Positions 21,766-30,500 of a DNA stretch of 46,005 nucleotides are shown one piece after another. The stretch is from Actinomycetota bacterium. Its GTDB lineage: Bacteria > Actinomycetota > Actinomycetes > S36-B12 > UBA5976. The translations under genes and the position numbers were made by a program. The notes beneath the pieces were generated by a model. That model was not told the origin of the DNA, made no database searches, and saw only the letters and a program-made list of their open reading frames with translations. The stretch spans positions 1-46,005 of the forward strand of contig JAFMIT010000001.1 of the NCBI GenBank assembly GCA_017853815.1, in the 5' to 3' direction. Every line of letters begins with the position of its first letter. Position 1 is the first letter of the stretch.

Positions 21766-23040
21766 GTGAGTATGTGGACAGTGCACGGAGATGGCAAGAC
21801 AGTCACTCCTGGTGAAGTGGTAGCTCCAAACGAACGTTTGAGCTGGCCGCGCACAATCGGCCTCGGCATTCAGCACATTGCTGCAATGTTCGGCGCCACG
21901 TTTTTGGTTCCAATCATTACCGGCTTCTCGCCAAGCACCACACTTTTGTTCTCAGGTATCGGCACGATTCTTTTTGTTTTCATTACTGGCAATCGAATTC
22001 CGTCGTACCTCGGTTCATCATTCGCCTTCTTGGGACCTATCGCGGCAGCTAAAGCAGGCGGAACTGATATCGCGCTGGCTCTCGGCGGCATCGTTGCGAC
22101 CGGTGTGATGTTGGCTCTCGTCGGCTTCATTGTCACCCAGGTTGGCGTCAAGTGGATCGATGCGTTCATGCCGCCCGTCGTCACCGGTTCGATTGTTGCC
22201 ATCATCGGTTTCAACTTGGCTGGTGTCGCGAAGTCTGAACTTGCGGTGCAGCCAACGGTTGGCGTGATCACCATGGTGGCCATTCTTGCTATCGCAGTTG
22301 TCTTCCGCGGCTTCATCGCACGTCTTTCGATCATTCTTGGCGTCGTAGTTGGTTACGTCGTTGCGGTGCTGACCGGCCTGCTCGGTACCGATGCTCAAAC
22401 AGCCATCTCTGGTGCGGCATGGTTCGGCGCTCCAACATTCACCACCCCTGCTTTCAGCATGAATGTCATCATCTTGTTCATCCCAGTGGTGCTGGTTCTC
22501 ATCGCTGAGAACGTTGGTCACGTCAAGGCCGTTGCCAACATGACGGGTGACAATCTCGATCCTTACATCGGCAGGGCACTTCTTGCTGATGGCGTTGCCA
22601 CGACGCTCGCTGGTGTCGGTGGCGGTTCGGGTACAACCACGTATGCCGAGAACATCGGTGTGATGGCTGCTACCCGCGTGTACTCGACGATTGCATACGC
22701 CGTTGCTGGTGCTGGTGCGATCGTCTTGTCGTTGTCGCCAAAGCTCGGTGCAGTGCTGTCATCAGTTCCGGTCGGTGTGCTTGGTGGTGCTGGCACCATC
22801 TTGTTCGGCATGATCGGCGTTCTCGGCGCCAAGATTTGGATTGAGAACAAAGTCAATTTCAATGACTCGACCAATCTGATGATTGCGGCAGTGACGTTGA
22901 TTGTCGGCATTTCTGACATGACGTTCACGGTTGGCGATTTCACGTTCAACGGCATTATCAATGGCACGTTGGTTGCTGTTGTTGGCCATGCGATCTTCCG
23001 CAGCATTGCGGCAGCTCGCGGCACTCGAACGGCTGACTAA
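21766..23040 (+). CDS. NCS2-family nucleobase (uracil/xanthine-type) permease
   Basis: About 12-14 TM segments. 'QHIAAMFGATFLVPIITG' and 'AENIGVMAATRV' are typical of uracil/xanthine permeases. The start could be GTG 21766 or ATG 21772. Confidence 0.8.
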   Translation: MSMWTVHGDGKTVTPGEVVAPNERLSWPRTIGLGIQHIAAMFGATFLVPIITGFSPSTTLLFSGIGTILFVFITGNRIPSYLGSSFAFLGPIAAAKAGGTDIALALGGIVATGVMLALVGFIVTQVGVKWIDAFMPPVVTGSIVAIIGFNLAGVAKSELAVQPTVGVITMVAILAIAVVFRGFIARLSIILGVVVGYVVAVLTGLLGTDAQTAISGAAWFGAPTFTTPAFSMNVIILFIPVVLVLIAENVGHVKAVANMTGDNLDPYIGRALLADGVATTLAGVGGGSGTTTYAENIGVMAATRVYSTIAYAVAGAGAIVLSLSPKLGAVLSSVPVGVLGGAGTILFGMIGVLGAKIWIENKVNFNDSTNLMIAAVTLIVGISDMTFTVGDFTFNGIINGTLVAVVGHAIFRSIAAARGTRTAD

Positions 23041-23051
23041 CTCCACAAGGC

Positions 23052-23094
23052 TCGCTGGCATGACTGCATAGACGGTCATGCCAGCGACTTTTTT
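23052..23094 (+). terminator. rho-independent terminator after the permease
   Basis: 13-bp stem tcgctggcatgac (23052-23064) / gtcatgccagcga (23075-23087), followed by a T6 run (23089-23094). Confidence 0.85.
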
Positions 23095-23207
23095 CTGTCC
23101 CAGTGGCTGACACAAAGTTTCTGTCGAATTCAAAGATAAGTGTCCGCATCGTGGACTTTGACTCTCCGTACGCTCCAGCTCAACGGCGCAGCCAATAACT
23201 TTCCGCC

Positions 23208-24485
23208 ATGACCTCAACCCCTGCCCTTACGCCCGAATCCTTCGGGCCCGCGACGGCCTTGCGCTGTCGTGAGTGCGGCACCGATTACGCCCTCGGCGCG
23301 GCATATTCCTGCGCAGAATGCTTCGGGCCGCTCGAAGTTGCCTACAACTTCGGCACTGTTACTCGGGAGCAGATCGCAGCAGGTCCACAGAACATGTGGC
23401 GCTATGCACCGCTCTTGCCAGTCGCCCCATGGGTTGCCGACGAACCTAACCTCAACCCCGGACTCACCAAGCTCATCAAGGCGGACAACCTAGCGAGAGC
23501 TCTGGGAATGACCGGCACGCTCTGGATTAAAGACGACTCCGGAAATCCGACCCACTCGTTCAAGGATCGCGTGGTCGCCGTGGCGCAGCATGCGGCTCGT
23601 CGACTCGGTCGAACAACGCTTGCGTGCGCTTCGACTGGCAACCTCGCAAACGCCGTTGCCGCTGCAGCTGCGCGTGCAGGTCAGACCTCGGTCGTCCTGA
23701 TTCCATCGAATCTTGAGGCCGGCAAGACCATCACCACAGCGACCTATGGCGGCACGCTGTTGGCGGTTGAAGGCAACTATGACGATGTCAATCGTCTGTG
23801 TTCAGAACTCATCGGCGAATCAATTACTGACACGTGGGGATTCGTTAACGTCAACTTGCGCCCCTACTACGCGGAGGGCTCGAAGTCGCTCGGTTTCGAA
23901 ATCGCTGAGCAGCTGGGTTGGCGTTTGCCAGACCAGGTAGTCATTCCTGTCGCTTCTGGCTCCTTGTTGACCAAGGTCGATAAGGCATGGCGAGAACTCA
24001 CGAGCTTGGGTCTCGTAGATGAGAAGGAATACGCAGTTTTTGGCGCCCAGGCGACCGGCTGCAATCCAGTGGCGCAGGCTTTTCGTGAGGGCCTTGAAGT
24101 GGTGCGTCCGGTCAAGCCAAACACAATTGCAAAATCTCTCGCGATCGGCAATCCAGCTGACGGCCCTTATGCGCTCGACGCTGCGCGTCGCACTCACGGC
24201 GCGATTGATGACGTGACAGACGTCGAAGTCGTGGAAGGCATTCGCCTCTTGGCAGAGACTGAAGGCGTGTTTGCTGAAACCGCTGGTGGCGTCACCGTGG
24301 CGGTTCTTCGAAAACTGCTCGCTTCAGGCGCTCTCGATCCAGCGAAAGAAACAGTGCTCATCAACACTGGCGACGGACTCAAGACTTTGGATGCAGTTGC
24401 GGATGTAGTGGGTCCATCGGCTATCGTCAAGCCATCTCTTGAATCTGCTGTCGATGCCCTCGACACTCTCGCTAGGAGCAATTAA
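23208..24485 (+). CDS. threonine-synthase-like PLP enzyme (MetM-like candidate)
   Basis: N-terminal Cys4 ribbon 'CRECGTDY..CAECFGPLE'. PLP-lysine motif 'NPTHSFKDRVV'. 425 aa. The stop overlaps the start of a sulfur-carrier gene. Confidence 0.8.
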   Translation: MTSTPALTPESFGPATALRCRECGTDYALGAAYSCAECFGPLEVAYNFGTVTREQIAAGPQNMWRYAPLLPVAPWVADEPNLNPGLTKLIKADNLARALGMTGTLWIKDDSGNPTHSFKDRVVAVAQHAARRLGRTTLACASTGNLANAVAAAAARAGQTSVVLIPSNLEAGKTITTATYGGTLLAVEGNYDDVNRLCSELIGESITDTWGFVNVNLRPYYAEGSKSLGFEIAEQLGWRLPDQVVIPVASGSLLTKVDKAWRELTSLGLVDEKEYAVFGAQATGCNPVAQAFREGLEVVRPVKPNTIAKSLAIGNPADGPYALDAARRTHGAIDDVTDVEVVEGIRLLAETEGVFAETAGGVTVAVLRKLLASGALDPAKETVLINTGDGLKTLDAVADVVGPSAIVKPSLESAVDALDTLARSN

Positions 24486-24772
24486 TGAGCGTCACCGTTC
24501 GCATTCCGACCATTCTTCGACCATACGCCGATGGCGCGTCGAGCGTCGAGGTGGAACCAGCGGGTGCGAGCTCATTGAGCGACGTCCTGGCTGCGCTAGA
24601 AGAAAAAGCCCCTGGCATCAGCGCACGCATCATTGACGAAGCGGGTGCACTTCGCCGTTTCGTCAACGTTTACGTCGGCGATGATGATGTTCGTTTCCTT
24701 GATGGTCTCAGCACCGTTATCGCTGCAGGCGCCACCGTTTCAGTCATCCCGGCAGTTGCCGGCGGCTGCTAA
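24485..24772 (+). CDS. MoaD/ThiS-family ubiquitin-like sulfur-carrier protein ending ...AGGC
   Basis: 95 aa. 'VTVRIPTILRPYADG...VEVE' and 'FVNVYVGDDDVRFLDGL...VSVIPAVAGGC' fit the beta-grasp carrier pattern. TAATG coupling to the upstream gene. Confidence 0.8.
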   Translation: MSVTVRIPTILRPYADGASSVEVEPAGASSLSDVLAALEEKAPGISARIIDEAGALRRFVNVYVGDDDVRFLDGLSTVIAAGATVSVIPAVAGGC

Positions 24773-24790
24773 TCGATAGCCCGGCTAACT

Positions 24791-25870
24791 ATGTCTTCTT
24801 CCTCTGAATCTCGCCGCAGCAGTGTGCCTGAAACCGTCAAAAATTGGTTTAAGAAAGGCGCCGATGCTGATGCTGTCGGTCTAGAGCCTGGCTGGGAATA
24901 TCTTGATCTCGCCGAGTGGGTCACAGAAGACCAACTCGATGGCTTTGAGCCCATTGATGGTCCAACCGAAATCATCGTGAATCTTCCCAAGAAGTCGATG
25001 GACCTCCAGGCCGAAGCAACACCTGAGTCTCTCTCCGACATTGTTGCCGACGTGATTACTGATATCGAAAACGCTCAGACAGAATTCGATATCAACGAGC
25101 GCGTCAACAAACGTGGCAAGCATGTGATTGCCGTGCTTTCGGGCAAAGGTGGCGTCGGAAAGACAACGACCCTGCTCGGCTTGGCCGGCGCAGCTGCTGC
25201 GCAAGGAAAACGAGTCTTGCTCGTCGACCTCGACCCGCAGGGATCTCTGACGCTGGCGGCGTTAGATGGTGCGGTCACTCGTACTGCCCGAGAAGCGTTC
25301 GATGATGCCAATCTAGCTGACCTTGCAGTGCCGACTGTTTGGCGAGACTTCTCCGGCACCATCGAAATCGTCCCCGCGACGCGGCACCTTGGTCAGATCG
25401 ATGTGCCACTTTCGCCGTTGCATGCGTACTCAACCCTCGTCAATCGCTTGGGTGATCTCACGGCATATGACCTCATGCTGATTGATGCACCTGCGACGCT
25501 GGCGACGTTGGCATTCGAAGCTATCTCACTCGCACACAAGGCAGTCATCGTCACCGAACCAACTCGCTTCGCAGTGACGAGCGCTATTGACGCTGCCGAC
25601 TTTGCTCGTCTAGCCCGTCGAGGCAAGCGCACGTGGAATCGTTCCGTGCATATCCTCTTGAACAAATTTGATGGGTCAGAAGAGAGCACCTACCGCAGCC
25701 GAGAAGTGCAGAGCAATTTCCCAGGGGAAGTTCTCAAGACAAGTATCAGTGCATCCACTGAGATTGATTACGCCAACAGTGCTGGTGTACCAGTTCAGGC
25801 AATTCCTGGAGTTCGCGCCGATTTGGCCGCTCGCCAGTTTGAGGTCTTGCTCAGCGAACTTACTCGTTAA
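24791..25870 (+). CDS. ParA/MinD-family ATPase with a ~108-aa acidic N-terminal extension
   Basis: Deviant Walker A 'VLSGKGGVGKTTT' at residues ~116-128. 'VLLVDLDPQGS'. No partner parB or parS-like element is visible. Confidence 0.75.
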   Translation: MSSSSESRRSSVPETVKNWFKKGADADAVGLEPGWEYLDLAEWVTEDQLDGFEPIDGPTEIIVNLPKKSMDLQAEATPESLSDIVADVITDIENAQTEFDINERVNKRGKHVIAVLSGKGGVGKTTTLLGLAGAAAAQGKRVLLVDLDPQGSLTLAALDGAVTRTAREAFDDANLADLAVPTVWRDFSGTIEIVPATRHLGQIDVPLSPLHAYSTLVNRLGDLTAYDLMLIDAPATLATLAFEAISLAHKAVIVTEPTRFAVTSAIDAADFARLARRGKRTWNRSVHILLNKFDGSEESTYRSREVQSNFPGEVLKTSISASTEIDYANSAGVPVQAIPGVRADLAARQFEVLLSELTR

Positions 25871-26423
25871 CCAGAGTTGGAATGACGAGCGAGCAATTCA
25901 GCGCTGTGTGGTCGGTAGCGAAATATTCCGCCTGCGCAAGCTGCCATTGCTCTAGGTGCGGTCGTAACCGCTCTCCATCTCGCGCGATAGCGCGTTCAAG
26001 CGCCTGCCGAGGCTGCGCGTCCAAGAACACGGTGAGATTGGCATGTTGACGCACAGGGCCCGCACATGCACCAACCCCTTCGACAATTAGCGTCTGTCGA
26101 CTCCCCAGTGTTTGCGCAGGCCCCCAGCAATCTGCGGCCCAGTCCCATGTGGCGAACGTAAGCGGCAGTTGTTGCAGGTGGGGGAGAACGATGCTGTCGC
26201 GGATTCGATCGAAGAGTTTCGGCGCGAAGGGGTTTTCCCATCCTTCGTACAGATCGTCCATATGGACGACACTGCAATCGATGAGCTGCTGCGCTAGCGC
26301 CTGTGCCAACTCGGTTTTGCCGCTTCCAGCTGGGCCATCAATGCAGATGAGAGTTCGCGCGTGACCAAACCGTTCGCTGATGCGTGAAAGCACGAGTTCC
26401 GCGGTGGCATTGGTTGAATTCAT
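25860..26423 (-). CDS. P-loop nucleoside/nucleotide kinase-like protein (uridine-kinase-like)
   Basis: 'ICIDGPAGSGKTELAQ' P-loop about 25 aa from the ATG at 26423. The longer ORF-track start (26492) is possible. The 3' end overlaps the convergent ParA-like gene by 11 nt. Confidence 0.6.
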   Translation of the reverse strand: MNSTNATAELVLSRISERFGHARTLICIDGPAGSGKTELAQALAQQLIDCSVVHMDDLYEGWENPFAPKLFDRIRDSIVLPHLQQLPLTFATWDWAADCWGPAQTLGSRQTLIVEGVGACAGPVRQHANLTVFLDAQPRQALERAIARDGERLRPHLEQWQLAQAEYFATDHTALNCSLVIPTLVNE

Positions 26424-26490
26424 CAAGACGGCTCTATTTACAGGATTGAATGATGCGCTAACACTAGGCTGCCGTGCAGAAGGGAAGCAC

Positions 26491-27291
26491 ATGATTCAGC
26501 GTTCACCGTTTGATCTGACGGGGCTCACGGGCTTGATTACCGGCGCCGGCGATGCGCGCGGAATCGGGTTCGCGACGGCGAAAATCATGGTGAACCTTGG
26601 AGCGCGAGTCTTCATCACCTCAACTACTGGTCGTATTTATGAACGAGCTGCTGAATTGCACGGTCCGCGAGTACAGATTGATGCCGGCACTGCAGATTTA
26701 ACTGTGGCGAGTCAAGCGCGAGCGATTGTTCAACAGGCAGCCGTCGATGGACTTGATTTTGTTGTGAACAACGCGGGGATGACGAGTAGCTCTCGCGATG
26801 CCGTAAATAATGGAGAGACTGGAAGTATCGAAGATATTTCTGAAGACGGGTGGCATGCCGGTCTTGATCGAAATCTTGATACGGCATTTCATGTCACTCA
26901 GGCAGCCATTCCTTTTCTTAAAAGTAGCGACTGTGGTCGCATTGTGTTGATGTCGAGTGTGACCGGGCCGCTTATGGCAATGGACAATGACGTTGCGTAT
27001 GCCGCTGCCAAAGCTGCACTTGTTGGCATGACTCGCTCACTCGCGCTTGATCTCGCGAAGTACAACATCACCGCGAACGCAGTTCTGCCAGGCTGGATTG
27101 AAACTGGTTCTCAAACCGATGCCGAAAAGATCGAGGGACGATCGACGCCACTCGGCCGCAGTGGACAACCTGAAGAAGTTGCAGCTCTCGTCGCATGGTT
27201 ATGCAGTCGTCATGCTGGCTATGTCACTGGTCAAGCACTTGTCGTCGACGGTGGCAATTCGATTCAAGAAATGCGCCACACGTCACGTTGA
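26491..27291 (+). CDS. short-chain dehydrogenase/reductase (FabG-like)
   Basis: 'ITGAGDARGIGFA' Rossmann motif, 'NNAG', and catalytic 'YAAAKAA' (YxxxK). The ATG at 26491 follows GAAGGGAAG. The ORF-track start at 26380 is rejected. Confidence 0.88.
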   Translation: MIQRSPFDLTGLTGLITGAGDARGIGFATAKIMVNLGARVFITSTTGRIYERAAELHGPRVQIDAGTADLTVASQARAIVQQAAVDGLDFVVNNAGMTSSSRDAVNNGETGSIEDISEDGWHAGLDRNLDTAFHVTQAAIPFLKSSDCGRIVLMSSVTGPLMAMDNDVAYAAAKAALVGMTRSLALDLAKYNITANAVLPGWIETGSQTDAEKIEGRSTPLGRSGQPEEVAALVAWLCSRHAGYVTGQALVVDGGNSIQEMRHTSR

Positions 27292-27505
27292 AACGATTTT
27301 GACGCGTTTAGCCCTTGTGCGAAATCGTGTCAATAAGAGTTTTTCCAAGTTTCTTCCAAGAAAAAGCCAAAATGAACTTGACTCACGCTCTGCAACTTTG
27401 GGACTCTTAGCCCCGATTCGTGGGGAATCAATAAGTAACAGACAGCTCGCGGCACGGCGCTACCTGCGTTGTGCTGTTAAGAAGCACTAGAGAAGGGGAA
27501 GTCGA

Positions 27506-30500
27506 GTGCGACTTCGTTCAGTTCAAGCGATTACCGCTTTGGCTGCTGTGGTCATCGGATCACTGCCAGTTATCGCCGGTGTCAGTACGCCCGCAAGCGC
27601 AGCAGCGCCTGAGGCTCCACACATTCCACTCACCCAGACTGACCTCGAGTTCATTCTCGATCAGGTCATGATTGGTGAAGCACACGCCAACCGCACTCGT
27701 ACTGCGACTGGCTACACCACCAGCTGCTTGACTGCAGCTGATATCCCAGCTGGTCGTCTTGCTTTGACGTACCCCTACCAGGTCACACAGCCTTGGGGTA
27801 TCCGTCAGGTCGACGGTCGTTGCAACAGCCTTGTGACTGGCCAGCGTGAATGGGGTGCGTCGGACAACATCTTCCCACGCATGGTTCCCGCGAACTACAA
27901 GTCTCCTTACACCGTTGGTGCAAACGTCACGGATCCAAGCCCTCGATACATCTCTAACTTGATTGCGGATCAGACCAGCAACAACCCTGCGGCAACAGCA
28001 GTTGCAAACCGCATGGCAGCTGTGTCATCTACCGTGACCAACCCAACGAGCGGTTTGACCTCGACCCTGTACGAACTGGGCAACGTCACTCCCGACTTCG
28101 CAGTGTCTGCGCCGTACAACAGCTGGTTCACGCTGTTCGGTCAGTTCTTCGACCACGGTCTTGACTTGGTGCCCAAAGCAAATGCTGGTTCGGTCCTGAT
28201 TCCATTGGCATCAGACGATCCACTGTACGTCGCAGGTAGCCCCACGAACTTCATGGCCTTGACCCGTGCAGCTAACACTGCCGGCGAAAGCATCAACCTC
28301 ACGACTCCTTACGTCGATCAGAACCAGACCTACACCTCGATTCCTTCTCATCAGGTGTTCTTGCGCGAATACACCCTCGTTGGTGGCCGCCCATACGCAA
28401 CAGGTGCTTTGTTCGACGGCAAGGACAACGGCGTTACTAACCACGGTTTGCCAACCTGGGCTGAAGTCAAGGCTCAGGCCGCGGCCATGCTCGGCATTCA
28501 GCTGACGGACTACGACGTTGTGAGCATCCCTACGGTTGTCACCGACCAGTACGGCAAGTTCACCCCAGCTGCCAACGGCGCTGCTCAGCTTTTGAGCACC
28601 GCAGGTGGTTTGCTGCCAGGTTCACTCGCATCGCCAATCTCAACCGCTGGTGCAAAGCCAACCGGTCACGCGTTCTTGGATGACATTGCACACGCTGCAG
28701 TTCCATTCGGTGCCGGCGGGCCAAAGCTTCCAGACGTTGACAGCGCAATCGGTTTGACCGGCTCCTCTGCGACTTACTACGACAACGAACTTCTTGATGC
28801 TCACTACATCACTGGCGACGGTCGCGGTAACGAAAACATTGGTCTTACCTCTATTCACCATATCTTCCACTCAGAGCACAACACCGTTATGGCTGACATC
28901 CAGGCTCTCGCTGCAACGCTGCCAAACACCAGCACCGCACGTTTGAGCTTCTGGCAGCAAAACATTGGTGGCCAGACTGTGTGGAACGGCGAGCGCTTGT
29001 TCCAGGCAGCTCGTATGGTGACTGAAGCTGAATACCAGCACTTGGTGTTTGGTGAATTTGCTCGCCGCATTCAGCCAAACTTGGCTGCTTTCGGTGGCTA
29101 CTTCACGACCATCAACTCTGACATCCCTGCGGAATTCGCACACGCTGTCTACCGCTTCGGTCACTCTATGTTGAACGAAACCGTCGCTCGTCAGAATGAA
29201 GCAGGTGTGGATCAGTCAATCGACTTGATCCCAGCCTTCTTGAATCCGAAGTCCTGGCGTCAAAGCGGTACGTACGTGAACGGTGTCAATTCGCTCGGCG
29301 CCTACAACACCCTCACACCATTCCAGGGTGCAGGTGCAGTGGCACAGGGCATGACCGCTCAGCACGGAAACGAAATTGACGAGTTCACGACTGAAGCTCT
29401 TCGCAACAACCTGGTTGGTCTTCCACTCGACCTTCCAACGTTGAACATCACTCGCGCACGCGACACCGGTACTCCTTCTCTGAATGAGTTCCGTCGCTCG
29501 ATTTACAACAAGACCCGTAACGTCGCACTGCGTCCTTACCGTTCTTGGTACGAGTTCGGCACCAAGTTGCGCAACCCAGAATCTCTGGTCAACTTCGTTG
29601 CTGCCTACAGCACTCACCCAACCATCACTGCTGCTACCACCCGCGCGGACAAGCGTGCAGCAGCTGCCGTTTTGACGAACGCATCGACCGCAACTGGTTA
29701 CGCGTTCTTGCACAACACCAGCACCGTTGGTTTGGGTTCAGCTGCTGATCTCGAGAACATCGACCTGTGGATGGGTGGCTTGGCAGAACGCCCAGCTCTC
29801 GGTCTGTTGGTTGGTCTCTTGGGCTCAACCTTTGACTACGTGTTCACCACCACCTTGCAGAACTTGCAGGATGGCGATCGCTTCTACTACCTCGGTCGTT
29901 GGGCTGGTACCAACTTCGCGGGCGAACTCGAAGTGGCTGGTTTCTCGCAGCTCGTTCAGCGCAACTCAACCGCGTCGCACTTGCCTGATCCAGTGTTCAG
30001 CAAGCCAAACTGCACAATCGAAGTTGGAACTCTCACCTTCGACTCGGTCGGTTTCGCTCAGAATGCACCTGCAGGTTGCCCTGGCATCATCCAGACCCCA
30101 ACCGGCCGCATCGTTTACGACGGCATGGCGAACGTTGTGTTCGGTGGCACCCAGGGTGCAAACAGCATCAACGCCGGTCGCCAGGACGACACCGTCTGGG
30201 GCGATGGCGGCAACGATGACATCGAAGGCGGCATGGGTAACGACTTCTTGATGGGTGGCACCGGTAACGATGTCATCCAGGACGAAGACGGTATCGACGT
30301 CCTCAAGGGCGAGGCTGGTGACGACGTTCTCAACGGCGGTCCTGGTCTCGACATCATGAGCGGTGGCACCGGCAACGATGCCCTGTTCGGTGGTTTCGCA
30401 AACGCCAAGGCCATGATCTGTGGCGCTGGTAACGACTACACCTACGGTTCAAACGACGCTGACGCCATCAATGGTGACGACGGCAACGACTGGCTCGAAG

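Noticed and set aside
23095-23207. A possible SAM or other riboswitch, or a T-box, upstream of the ThrC-like/sulfur-carrier pair.
   Set aside because: By eye I could not find the conserved S-box/SAM-IV core sequences, a T-box motif or a terminator/antiterminator pair. This needs an Infernal/Rfam scan before any claim.
27293-27328. The inverted repeat ACGATTT / AAATCGT after the SDR stop codon, as a terminator.
   Set aside because: It has only 7 AT-rich base pairs with a 22-nt loop, and the T-run starts 10 nt after the stem. This is too weak to call.
27047-27490. A 147-aa + strand ORF spanning the SDR 3' end and the peroxidase upstream region.
   Set aside because: It is out of frame with, and mostly overlaps, the well-supported SDR gene. 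It has no RBS and an Arg/Ser-rich, non-protein-like sequence. The non-overlapping part is better explained as a regulatory leader.
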